A stretch of 63,908 nt of DNA, filler included, from Rozella allomycis CSF55 (lineage: Eukaryota): the NCBI GenBank assembly GCA_000442015.1. It is 5 parts of 5 records of this genome, joined end to end, with 100 filler letters (N's around TTAATTAATTAA, not from the genome) between each part and the next. Parts side by side here need not be neighbours in the genome. Positions count along the whole stretch, not along the records: positions 27,339 to 59,020 come from KE561194.1; positions 59,121 to 63,908 come from KE561205.1; 3 more parts are not named here. One strand, given 5' to 3'. Under the pieces are notes generated by a model that saw only the letters and a program-made list of their open reading frames with translations, was not told where the DNA came from and ran no database searches. Each line of letters begins with the position of its first letter. Positions within the stretch are counted from its first letter, which is position 1. This document shows, in pieces, positions 51,995-63,908 of the stretch. A program made the translations under genes and the position numbers.

Positions 51995-53188
51995 TTATTT
52001 GAAGGAATTATTTTTTGATTGAGAAATAACTGGACTATTTCCTTTTGGAGGAGAAGAAGTTGGAGACGATTTTAGTTTTACCGGCTGATAATCTACATCA
52101 TCTTCATCTCTTCCGCTATTTTTAGCATTGACACTCAGTCTTCTTTGAACAGAGCTTTCAACTTTTGATCCCCATTGGACACGATAGCTAGCAAATTCTT
52201 CGATTGATGGGCGTTCTTTCTCAGTTGACCACGTAGCCCTTCGTTGAATGTGGAATCTTTCAGGTTTTGGAAAATGCTTAAAGTCCTTTAAATGTAGACA
52301 TAAATTGAAAAATTACCTGTCCGTAGTATGTATGAACAACTCTTTGGTTTGCTTTCTTTATGAATGCATAAATAAATAATTACTTTTGGTAAGAGATCAT
52401 CATGAAACTCCCACCACTTGTTTACGAGCTCCAACGCATTTTCGGAAATTCCAGAATGGGGTATTACAGATCGATCAGATGAAAATCTATGGAATTTCCA
52501 GGGTTTATGCTGCCCAATAAAATGGACTATCTTAACGTCTTCTTTGTGATACATGTAAGCCGGAAGATATGAATACGAAGCACTAAATGTCAAATTGTAG
52601 GTGAATGGAATTCGACGAGAACTATCGCCTCTTGCCCAATCCTTGAAATACTGATTTAAAAGACCTTGATCACCACCTACTTTAAAAATTGGTTTAGTAT
52701 TTACCATCGAAACTTCCTACACTTGTTGCCATATTCATTAACTGGGTAAAGGTATCGTGATTTGGGCGGCAAACGAACACACCTGAATTAAAGCAGTCAG
52801 GCCAACCAGCATCAGGGCAAGCACTAAATTCCTCTCTTTCCATTAAATCATCAACATTTTGAAGCACCAAAGTGTCAGCGTCGAGGAACACAACCTTGGA
52901 GTATTGGGTGAGCGTCCACACGAACAATTTTGTAAACGTAATGCCAAGCTCTGGACGCCCAAGTAGTTCAAGGTTCTTCGCATCATTAGAATCAATCGTT
53001 TCAACAGGGACTATAGTATAATGCTGGCTAAGAATGAGCCTGTTCTCATGTGACACGTCAGGCGTGACAAGGACGACCAATGGATAACAGCAATTGACTT
53101 TTTTCAGTGAATGGGCCAATACTTGAGCGCCAATAGTGTAGGAATTAGACGTGACCAATGTAACAAACGCGCATTCACCTTGTCCCAT
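51995..53188 (-). CDS. Glycogenin (GT8); 3 introns
   Basis: AFVTL, LLGRPELGITFTKL, FLDADTLV, PDAGWPDCFNSGVFV, SFDGGDQGLLN and VHFIG..KPW. Confidence 0.93.
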
Positions 53189-53469
53189 TTCAAATTGTCA
53201 ACCCCGGTCTTAATAAATTGAACATTTTTTCCATTTTAATACACAACTCAAAATCGCCAGAGAATTAAATCAACAAGGATACAATTAGTAATTGTTCTAA
53301 AGTTCGCTATTTATCCTCCAAGGCCTTTGCTGCTTTGGCTCAATTCTTGATTTACTTCTTTATTATTTCTATATCTTAATCTGAGACTTTTAACTAATAC
53401 TTAATATTAATATCTAAAAAAATATAATTATTCTTCAAATCTTTTGGAAATTTCTTGTAACAAATTTTG

Positions 53470-54293
53470 ATGGAAGACGATATTGATTTGTATTCCATAG
53501 ATACATCGAGAATTAAAGTCTCAAAGCAAGAAAATATATATGACGAAATCCTCTCCACCGAAGTTCCTAATATTCAGGATTTTATAACACCTGTTTCAAC
53601 TGACTCCAAAATGAAAGACGCTATAGACGACCAAGATAAAGCAAAACAAGAATCAGAGGACAAGCCAAATCATGTTGAAAAGATCGATCCTGTGGCTATT
53701 TTAGTCAGCAATTTGCCTTGGGTATTATTGGTCAGTTATATGAACTTAGTGGACCAGCGACAATGATATCATAAAGGCTATTGGAATAAGTATACATAAA
53801 CTAGAATTTAGAGAAAATAAAGCTAATGGAAAATCTAAAGGGGTCGTGTATCTAGAATTCCTGAACAAGGACTTAGCCAACAAAGCTGAAATGCAATTAA
53901 CAAAAGCGTAATATAACCTTCAAGTCAGTATTTCATAGTGGAATAAATGGTCATCGCTGCGATGTGGAGAGAACTCAGATAAATAAAACTGGTGAAACTT
54001 CAGATTTAAAGGTCCATAAATCTTCTAATGATAAAAGTATATTATCTCTTATTTTATAGTATAGACGAAGATTTAGATCGGAAAGAGTCCATTAGCTCAA
54101 TTAAGCCGCGCAAACCGTAAGAATTCTGTTTTTTTTCATTATCAGGGAAAATTCCTCATTAGAAAAATCGAGAAGTCGTAATGACTCCAGACCAAGATAC
54201 CGTGGTGGTGATTCTTATAGACCTAGATCACGAGGACGAAAAAGGTCACATTCCAGGTCTAGGCGCCGTTCTCGCTCACCCAGAAGAAGGTAG
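53470..54293 (+). CDS. CPSF6/CFIm68-like RRM plus RS protein; 4 introns
   Basis: EDDIDLY N-terminus; NLPWWTSD and F.ENKANGKSKG RRM; RS tail. Confidence 0.78.
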
Positions 54294-54426
54294 CTTAATA
54301 AACTTATATTAATTCTTTGGCAATCAATTGACTTTTCTTCCTTGATTTAAATCGATTTATCATTTTGTTTAGCTTTCGAACTATATTTACAATTGCTGAA
54401 TTAAGCCACAAACTTGAACTCCGGAA

Positions 54427-55606
54427 ATGGATGGATTTGTGGGGCGCTTGACGCAAGAGCAGAATCAGAAACTGATGGAAATGTGGAAGATCATCATAGA
54501 CATGGGAAAATGTAATATCAATGATCCTCCAAAAGTGGATGTGTCAAAAAGAAGAGGTATTAAAGCCTTGTTAGGGAAGAAAAGAGCATCTAGCAATTCT
54601 TTAGTAAAAGAGAATGATTTTGATTTGTTATTTGAACTATTTCTTGCATTTGCGACCGACGATCCCGACTCGCTTATTTTAAGATTCTTGAGGGCACGAA
54701 AGTGGGATGTTAACAAAGGCGTTGAAATGCTTCTAAACGCATTAAAATGTAAATATAAAATCATATTAAAATCAAGGGAGGGCGCAGATGGACATTCCAC
54801 AATTATTGGCGGGTGGAGAAAGGGATTTGGGAAAACAAATCGAAAGTGGAAAGTTTTTTGTGTTTGGAAAAGATAAAATGGGCAATTTAGTATCGTAAGG
54901 TTCAATTAGGCGTTTTTGATAAAAAGTTACACAAGAGTTAAGCTGCATGATAAAAATGCACAATCTCAAGAGGACAGCGAGAAGTTCACAGTTTACTACA
55001 CAGAATCAGTTAGGAGGATTCTTCCAAAAGGTCACGAGAAAATAACACTGGTATTTGATTTAACAGATTTTACTATGAATAGCATGGTATTACAGCATTT
55101 TTGTAAAAATTTAGGATTATCAGATGGTCAAGTTTTTAGTTACTTGCTTTGAAGCATATTATCCAGAGTCATTGCATCAATGTCTTGTAGTTAATGCACC
55201 TTGGATATTTTGGGGCTGCTGGAAGATTATAAAGCCATGGATTGATCCGATCATTTGTGAAAAAATAAAGTTTCTCAAGAGTTACTCCGAATTAGTAGAA
55301 TTCATTGATGTTGATCAAATACCAAAATATTTTGGTGGAGAAAATCCATACGAATTCAAATATGACGAATTTAGGGGCGAATCGCAATCAATGCCTGAAG
55401 ACAAAGTCAATGAAACAAATTCAAAATTTGACACGCTAAGGGATTCATTTGTGGAGACTACACTGAAATTAATAAATGATCCTAATAATCAAAATCTAAC
55501 GTTGGAAAGAAACAAGTTGAAGGAACAGATACAAAGTTTGAATGCCTACATCGAATCATTTTATCCCAAATCAATTTTTCAAAGGTCAAATATTTCTATT
55601 AAATAA
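54427..55606 (+). CDS. CRAL-TRIO/Sec14-family lipid transfer protein (Csr1-like); 3 introns
   Basis: PDSLILRFLRARKWDV, LVFDLTDFTMNSMDYQMVKFL..FEAYYPESL and IPKYFGG. Confidence 0.9.
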
Positions 55607-55645
55607 AGGTTTAATAATTATGAACTATATTGTTTTGTTCTTTCT

Positions 55646-56057
55646 TCATAATCCATAATCTTCATCTTCGTCATCACTGTAATCCATTCGGCGTCTTTGA
55701 ATAGTAACTTTAGGCTTTGCTTGCTCTGTTGTTCCACTTATTTGCTCCAAAAGTCCTTTTAATTGATCTTCATCAACCTTTTGGCGAATTTGCCCTGTTT
55801 GTCTCATTCTAATGAGCATTTCTTCTACAACACGGGCCTTTTCTGGCTTCACAATGGCGATTCTGGAAACTTTGCTGTGAAATAAATAAACTTACGTCTC
55901 TCTCTAGCCTCGTTCGTCAATATTTGCGCCAAGAAGCTATGACGCATTTCTTCCATTTGTTGCTGCTTAGCAGCTTCGTCTTGTTTATCCTATTTCGAAA
56001 GGCTTAAGCAGTTACTGGAGCTCCCTGTCTACTCAAGGTGTCCAAATTTACGTCCAT
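55646..56057 (-). CDS. PDCD5: PDCD5/Sdd2-like protein; 2-3 introns
   Basis: LAQILTNEARERLSRIAIVKPEKARVVEEMLIRM..GQI..KVDEDQL..LLEQI and IQRRR. Confidence 0.9.
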
Positions 56058-56126
56058 TGAATGCAAGCCACAAGAAAACAAAAGTTGATTATAAAGTCGG
56101 TTTATTTAAATGCCATGCATGAAAAC

Positions 56127-56990
56127 TTATTCATCAAAAATAAAATAGTCTTCCAATTTAACATTATCATTCTTAGTGGCAGTATCACATTCTTCAATGT
56201 CAAGCAAGAAATTTGATGCCACTTCAGATGCAAGGTTGATTAAAATTCTTTTGTCATCACTATTCCGTCGAAGAAATTTTGTTACTTCTGGTTTGGAGTA
56301 TTAGTAAATCCTTTTGGACTTGGTGTGGGGGTCATCATATTCTCAAATGAAAATACTGAGTCTGCCGTATCTAGATTTGAATCATTGAGAAACAAATCAG
56401 AAAAGTCTGTTATATTATTGACATCAATTGTGGAATTGAATATCTCAAAGGTATTTGGAAGCTCCAACAAAGGCATAATAGGCATGGTTCCGGTCTCAAT
56501 TTCATCATTTAGTGACAGTCTTTGTATAAACTTACATTTAATTGTAGATATTACCTTTTGCTCCCTTTTGATAATATTTCGTTATCATTATCAGGGCGTT
56601 TGTTACACTTTTTAAAATCATGTAATTCTTCTTTTAAATCTTCCTTTGAATTTGATATAGCTTCCAGGATTAATTTATTCCCTACATTAGAGCCAATTAG
56701 ACCGGCATATTCAGGTGAAACATCATCCTTTTTCTTATCCAGAGTTTGGGCAGGGAGGGTAACTTTACTTTCTCTCTTTACTTTGGAGCGCCTATTTTGA
56801 AACCTTTTATACATAAATGGGACTAATGATACCAAATACTAATGCTTCTGGCTTTCAGATTGAGTCTTGCTGCAAGATTTTCTAAACAGTCTTTGCTAGG
56901 ATTATTATCTATTTCGAACACGCTTTCAAGTATTGCTTTATGAGCATGAGTAAAGCGTGTTCTTTCATTGTTTTCCAACATGCAGTTCAT
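56127..56990 (-). CDS. Homeodomain transcription factor; 3 introns
   Basis: RTRFT..HKAILESVFEIDNNP...LENLAARLNL..RSISIWFQNRRSK. Confidence 0.88.
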
Positions 56991-57173
56991 CGGCAGCTAC
57001 AGATTTATGGGGCTATAAAGATAAATTAATACAATGTCAAGGTTTAGCGTGTTCAAATTAAGTTTAATGCTCCGATTGTGATTATTCCAGATTTTGACAA
57101 GGAGTTGGGCATTAAGTGACAAAGAGTGGTAAATTGGAAAATAGTTACAAAAAAAATAATTTATTTCAATTAA

Positions 57174-58623
57174 TTAATATTTCTCGTCATTGATTTTTAA
57201 TGATTTCCATAGATTGACAACCTAGCGATAAAGAAATTGAAAAGTAATCACCTTTCGTTGGACAATTAAAGTCTTTTGAAAGTATTCATTGATTGCTTTT
57301 CTAAAATCTCTAATCTTTACATCGTCAAAATAATCCATTTCCTGTTTAATTGTTTGATCGATTGTTTCTAGCTCTTTTTCCATTTCAATTTCTACTTTCT
57401 CATCCTTTATTGTTGCAAATATTTAATTTCTACTTGTTCTACTTGCTGTTCTAATTGTTGAATCTTTTCTGGCTTTGATTTATTCCCTCCTCTCAATTTA
57501 AAAAGATTTTCTTTCTTTTTTCTTAAAGAATCCTTAAAATGAGTTAACGAATGGAATATTTTTAGTCTATTATTGAAAGCATGGTTGATTGAGGAAATGT
57601 ATCGATAAAATTCGCTTGTGACGCATATTAACGTTTCCGTCTCTATTTTAGCCTATTAGCTCTTAATTTTGCATTTACTTGATCTTCTTGAAATTCTTTA
57701 AGATTTTGATGTGTTTTACCAAACGCTACCATCAAATCAGAAAGCCCGCGATGAATTTCTACATTAGACAAAGAAATTATCGCTTCTCCAAAGCTAGCCA
57801 TTGAGGATCCAACTTCTTTTCTTTGCTTTGAAATAGCCTCCAGGGCCTTTAGCAATCCTTTAAATTGACTCTCAAGCCTTTCAATTTGCATTCGTTTCTC
57901 CTCAAACCACTAATTTTCATCGCCCATTTGTTTTACGTTATCACCAACATGACGCGATAAACTCATGGTCGAGAGAATATTGTTAACAGTTTTGATTAAA
58001 TCAAATTTGTTTGTTCTATCCTCTTTCTTTGCTTCTTTCATCTGCTTTATCAGATTTCATTACTTTACCACTCCTTCAAATGAATCCATGGAAAGAAATG
58101 CGATAAGAGAGGGATCTCTAAAAAGAACAGGGTGTCTTGTAAAATTTTTAAGACATCTTTCTAGTCCGAGTCTTCTTGCTTCAAGAAAATCTTCTTGGAA
58201 ACGCCCAATTGCACTCTTCTCAGGAATAGGCGGGACAAATACTCCATGGTATTTGCTCATTAATAAATTATGTAGGAAGAAAAATTCATTGTATCTTCTT
58301 TTCACAGTCGATTCTTTAATAGCATAATATTCTGAATTTGTCTTGTTAAATTATTAATTGCATACTACCTTGAAATGAATAGTATAGAGAACATAAGCAT
58401 TTAGCCCCTCTCCTATCTTTACCGGATCAGATACTTTAATATCAAAGAAAGTCGTCTTTTCTAATGACATTTCAACTGGCGTTTCCATTCGCCGTCCTTC
58501 AAGTGGATTATCATTTACAAATAAACGCAAATTATCGTTACAAGTTTCAATGGGAGAGATATCATTGGCACCGTCTTTCAATTCAGCAAAAGGATTAAAC
58601 TGCAGTTCATCAACGCTATTCAT
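57174..58623 (-). CDS. VPS5: PX-BAR sorting nexin (Vps5/SNX1-2 type); 6 introns
   Basis: IKVSDPVKIGE..AYVLY, VKRRYNEF, PPIPEK..GRF..F.E.RR..LE; BAR region WFEEKR.QIE.LE.Q.K.L.KA. Confidence 0.85.
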
Positions 58624-58645
58624 TCTAAATCTGAATTTTCGTATA

Positions 58646-59020
58646 ATGGAACCTTTTGAACATCAGGTGGCCGGACATGAAATATACGTCAAAAATGGCG
58701 ATCTATTAAAAAGCTTTACGAAGCTAGNAAAATGGCGATCTATTAAAAAGCTATACGAAGCTAGAACATGAATTCTATACACGTTGCGATCTTGAACTAG
58801 AAAGTATCATACCAAATTTCCTGGGGGTAGTTGAGCACGAGGGAAAAAGTAAATCTCCAATTCATACGATTTAGCGTCAAGAGTATATAAAACTCGAAAA
58901 TTTACTTGCAAACTGCAGCAAACCATGCGTCATGGATGTCAAAATGGGAGTGCGCTTGTATGATGATGAAGCTGATGCAGCGAAAATAGAAAAGATGAAA
59001 AAGCTAGCTGAATCTACAAC
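58646..59020 (+). CDS. Inositol polyphosphate kinase (IPK family), truncated by gap
   Basis: MEPFEHQVAGH, LENL and KPCVMDVKMG (PxxxDxKxG). Confidence 0.88.
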
Positions 59021-59489
59021 NNNNNNNNNNNNNNNNNNNNNNNNNNNNNNNNNNNNNNNNNNNNTTAATTAATTAANNNNNNNNNNNNNNNNNNNNNNNN
59101 NNNNNNNNNNNNNNNNNNNNTGTGGCTTATAGGCCCATTATCCCTGGTAAAATTTTTATGGCGACAAATGTTTTAGTCAGCGTAACAGAATGTTCTCTGC
59201 TAGATGCGGGGTTGCATTTGCGCGAAAAGTTTTGTCAGGGGGCTGAGATAGTCAAACCCCGAGGCCGTAAGGTAACAAACTGCCAAAATTGTGGCAGTTT
59301 GAAAAAAGCATTTAATCAGTAACAAGTATATTTTTGATTACATAAAGGACGTATTTATGTCGCTGCGGTAAAACTTGCCAAACAACATTCCGCATCAATC
59401 TATGTGGCGAATGTATAACCGCACGTCTGTTTGGGAATGGTGTTGAGCATTACCCGGATGAGCAAATGAACAAACGGGCCGTGCAATTC

Positions 59490-62400
59490 AACGAGACAAT
59501 AACCGCATTTGTATGCGAAAATTTGAAGATGAAAAACATTTAATTGGCAAAAGAAATAGAAAGAAAAAATGGTCGGGCAATGTCGCGTAGACAAATATCT
59601 GATTTAAAGCAAAGATTAAAAGACAAATTGCGGTTTTCGAATAATTTAGATATTTTAAAGCAAAAATTGAATTTGATGAAAAATGTGGCAAATATGGATG
59701 AATCTGAAAAAAATGAAATTTTGAAATTCGGGGTAAAATTGGGAAGTGGCTCTGAGACCAACCCCATCACAGTAGGATTTACATCCTACTGTCTAGTCGA
59801 CAATTTCGTTCAAGCATATCGTGTAATGAATGGTAGTATTGTATTATCAGGTNCACGATTACCGCATTGGTATGCGAAAATTTAAAGATGAAAAATATTC
59901 AATTGTCAAAAGAAATAGAAAGAAAAACTGGTCTGTCAATGTCGCGTAGACAAATATCTGATTTGAAGCGAAGATTGAAAGACAAATTGGGTTTTTCGAA
60001 TAATTTGGATATTTTAAAGCAAAAATTAAATTTGATGAAAAATTTAACAGATATGGATGAAACTGGAAAAAATGAAATATTGAAATTCGGTGTAAAACTA
60101 GGAACTGGCTCTGAGACCAATCCCTTTACAGTAGGATCTACATCCTACTGTCAAGTAGACAATCTCGTTCAAGCATATCGTTTAATGAATGGAAGTATTG
60201 TATTATCAGGTAAATGAACACTTTTTTTAATATAGTGGATGAAACTTTTAAAATTGATCTTATGGGATACCAGCTAATTGTATTGGGGTTTATCGATGTG
60301 GCNTCAACGGTATTGAAAAGTTTTTTGAATATTTTGAAGACACCTGGGGGAACAATGGAAAGTTTACCTGTAATTGACAAGCATATTTAACACCCCCAGG
60401 AGTTTCTGTTACGAACAACTATATTAAATCATTCAATAAACAAATTAAGAGCCAGTACACTTCCGCTTGGCTGCCGGTAAACTTTTAAAACTCTTCGCTG
60501 AAATTATTGAAGATTACGGATCAGGGCAATTTAAAAAGCCATTTTTAACCAAAAGGCCATTTGGTGCAGCATTAACCAAAAAAGCTATTGAAAATAAAAA
60601 ACTGCAAATACGTAGCGAATGCCAGAAACAAAAATGTGTTTGTTAAAGGCTCAAAAGGGAATTATCGTGTGGATTTCGAAAAGTGCTCTTGCGATTGTCA
60701 TCATTATCTCTATTGGACGACATGTATTCATATATTACTTGCATTACATTTCCTGGATATTGAACCCCCATTTTCATTTATCTATGATATAAGATCTTTA
60801 ATCAAGAAGAAACGAAAAGCTGATCCTGATATGAAAGAAACATCGAAAGTGAAGAAAGGTAGAAGAAAAATAGTAGGGAAAGCTTTATCATTAGAAAAAA
60901 ATTCTTTTTTAATTTATGAAAAATACTATTTTTTAATTTCTAAATAATTCTTTTTAATATTTTACTACATGATAAACAAAAATTTTTATGAAGGAAAAAT
61001 AGTTTCATATGCTCCCCTTATGGGTATGTTGCTGTTAGCCGGGAGCTACTAATTTGGGGCTGAGAACCGAAAAAGGTGCTGGGAAACTGNACACATTGAA
61101 GATTACATGGGTTGTCCCTTTACCCCTGCGTTTGTAATGTCAGATGCGTCTGACGCTATTTTCAATGCCTTTCACGAACTGCTTCCAATTGAGTCTTACG
61201 TTCATTTGATGTGTTTTGCACACGTGGAACGTAATGTTTTTAAACATTTAATACAATTAAAATTGAGCATTAAAAAACGAAACGAAATCGCATCTTTAGT
61301 GAAGGGATTTCTAAAAAAATTACGCTTTGCAAGATCCTTGTCTGAATGGAAAGAAAATTATACTTTGATGCAAGAATCCTGCAAAGTCAACGGTGCTGAA
61401 AAGTTCTTTGCATATTTTGAAGACACCTGGGGGAACAATGGAAAGTTTACCTCTAATTGGCAAGCATATTTAACACCTCCAGGATTTCCTGTTACGAACA
61501 ACAGCATTGAATCATTCAATAAACAAATTAAGAGCCAGTACACTTCCCGCGAACGCTTGGCTGCCACAACAGCATTGAATCATTCAATAAACAAATCAAG
61601 AGCCAGTACACTTCCCGCGAACGCTTGGCTGCCGGTGAACTTTTTGGAATCTTCGCTGACATTATTGAAGATTACGGATCAGGGCAATTTAAAAAACCAT
61701 TTTTAACAAATAGGCCATTTGGTGCAGCATTAGCCAAAAAAGCCATTGAAAATAAAAAAAATTCAAATACGCAGCAAATGTCAGAAACAAAACAGTAGCG
61801 GTTAAAGGCTCAAAAGGGAATTATCTTGTGGATTTCGAAAAGTGCTCTTGCGATTGTCATCATTATCTCTATTGGAAGACATGTATTCATATATTGCTTG
61901 CATTAAATTTCCTGGATATTGAACCCCCATTTTCATTTATTTATGATATAAGATCTTTAATCAAGAAGAAACGAAAAGCAGATCCTGATATGAAAGAAAC
62001 ATCGAAAGTGAAGAAAGGTAGAAGAAAAATAGTAGGGAAAGCTTTGTCATTAGAATAAAATTGTTTTTTATTTTATTAAAAATACTATTTCTTAATTCAT
62101 TCGTTTACTGAATAAAATTCTGGATATTTCTTAATTTCTAAATAATTCTATTTAATATTTTACTACGTTATGAAAAAAATTTAATGAAGGAAAAATGGTT
62201 TCCATTGCTCCCCTTATGGGTATGTTGCTGTTAGNTTGGATATTGTATTTATGATATAAAATCTTTAATCAAGAAGAAACGAAAAGCAGATCCTGATATG
62301 AAAGAAACATCGAAAGTGAAGAAAGGTAGAAGAAAAAAAGTAGGAAAAGCTTTGTCATTAGAATAAAATTGTTTTTTATTATTTTATTAAAAATACTATT

Positions 62401-62680
62401 TTTTAATTCATTTGTTTACCGAATAAAATTCTGGATATTTCTTAATTTCTAAATAATTGTATTTAATATTTTACTACTTTATAAAAAAAAATTTATTGAA
62501 GGAAAAATGGTTTCCATTGCTCCCCTTATGGGTATGTTGCTGTTAGTCGGGAGCTACTAATTGGGGGCTGAGAACCGAAAAAGGTGCTGGGAAACTGTAC
62601 AAAGTGCTGGCAATCACCTGGGGTGCTGGGAACCGAAAATGGCGCTGTTAGTCCCCAAAATGGGTGCTGTTAGTTGGTCC
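59490..62680 (+). mobile_element. Fragmented, duplicated MULE/Mutator transposons with SWIM finger and GC-richer terminal repeats
   Basis: VDETFK, VMSDASDAIFNAF..HLMCFAHV, TNNSIESFNKQIK and SWIM CSCDC..TCIH; repeated GCTGTTAG/GTGCTGGGAA units at ~61010-61090 and ~62520-62680. Confidence 0.85.
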
Positions 62681-63908
62681 ACCGTGCAAAATTGATTATT
62701 ATTTGCGTAATAATGTGTGGTGCTATCCTTATCNTTATCGGTGTTAGCAATGCGGGAAAAATAACGAACTCAATACAGTTTGTTAATGCGAGCGAAGCGA
62801 ATACAACCGCTAGTTTCAAGAATAAAGATGGTAAGAATTCAAGTTATTTTATTGACCAGTAAAGGAGGCTGTGAATGAATTCTGTGAGAACTTATTTGAG
62901 TTTTTCATTTAGTTTTTGTTTGATGTCCAGCATTTATTTATAATAATCTTTCAAATTAGCCAACGCGAAGGAATAAGCCATTTTTTATATATTTTAAATA
63001 TAGCCATGCTATTTTTAGGAATTAAAAATATAAAAACACACTACTTGACCAAGCCACATAATAATGTTTTTCTGGGGTCTTTTGACAGTTGTTACAGTCA
63101 TTTCTAATGCATTTGTTGCTGCATCTCCATCGAGATTATCCAAAAGCAGTTTATACAAAGACTGGAGAAATTTGTCACTATAAAATACTTGTAAACTGAT
63201 GATGTCAATGATATGCTGGAGTTTATTGGGAACCATGACATCCCATATAATGTATCTTGGGATCTTTTCAAACAAGTGATGAATCAGGTGTTTCAATGTG
63301 TCAAGGTTGAAACTCTTCGACATCGCGCAACTAAAGCTATTGAAAATTTGGTAGGAGTTTCTGCACGCAAACGTGACATATTCTATGGAAGAAATCAAGA
63401 TAGCAAGCCTTTTATGAATGATATATTGGAGAATATTAAGGAAATCTCAAAAGCTTTGGACGAAGAGAGTCTATTTCTTCTCTAGAAGGCTGCCTCATCG
63501 ATTATCAGATACGGAATGGTTCGTGGTCATACAAACAAAATTGGAAAAGCCTATGCCATAAGCCTTGTCTCTGTGCCAAATAAGATGCTTGACGACATTC
63601 TGAATGACAATTTTGATACCGAAAATGTTTTTAATAATGATGAAAACGTTGATTCAATATTGAAAGTTCTAAATATGTATAACGGTGCGCTNTGACGGTC
63701 CATCTAAAAAGAGAATTCGACCGCGCTGTTCAAGGAAACAGAAAGACATCTGCTTTTGCTATTTCACGACTTAAAAATAATGTGAACGAGAAACATAGAA
63801 AAGTTTTCCAGGTAACATNCGGTGCGCTTCAAACCAAAGCATGTCATCCGCATATTTCAAAACATGCCTTTGATTTGTTTTGTAAATTTAAAAAGTTTGA
63901 ATCTACAA

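Noticed and set aside
63015-63908. Broken ORFs at the window end, possibly transposon-derived
   Set aside because: Stops, n-joints and no recognisable domain; cannot be assigned

Overview
AT-rich, very gene-dense eukaryotic DNA from an early-diverging flagellated fungus or fungus relative. A Rozella/Cryptomycota-like genome is my inference, based on Rab23, a C2CD6-like gene, fungal RCY1/NTH1/Num1-type genes and tiny introns. The window is a concatenation of contigs: N-runs containing TTAATTAATTAA are artificial joiners, and single-n joints carry near-duplicate overlaps. Transposon debris lies at both ends: Copia, LINE-like and pogo at about 1-7.8 kb, and MULE at about 59-63 kb. Between them are about 35 protein-coding genes and 3 tRNAs. 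I reconstructed roughly 100 introns by eye; almost all are 26-32 nt, with no obvious polypyrimidine tract. The headline observation is that the only introns clearly longer than about 35 nt (five in MTR4, one in a forkhead gene) are exact head-to-tail stacks of 2, 2, 3, 3, 4 and 6 complete GT...AG mini-introns of 27-31 nt. They are joined by AG|GTA with zero-length exons between them. This points to obligatory recursive ('ratchet') splicing of quantised mini-intron units, apparently generated by whole-intron tandem duplication. Other notable items are two candidate GT-TG introns, a catalytically dead RNase H paralog, tandem group-I truncated haemoglobins, three secreted class-3 lipases, and a Copia PBS complementary to a tRNA-Ile anticodon arm.
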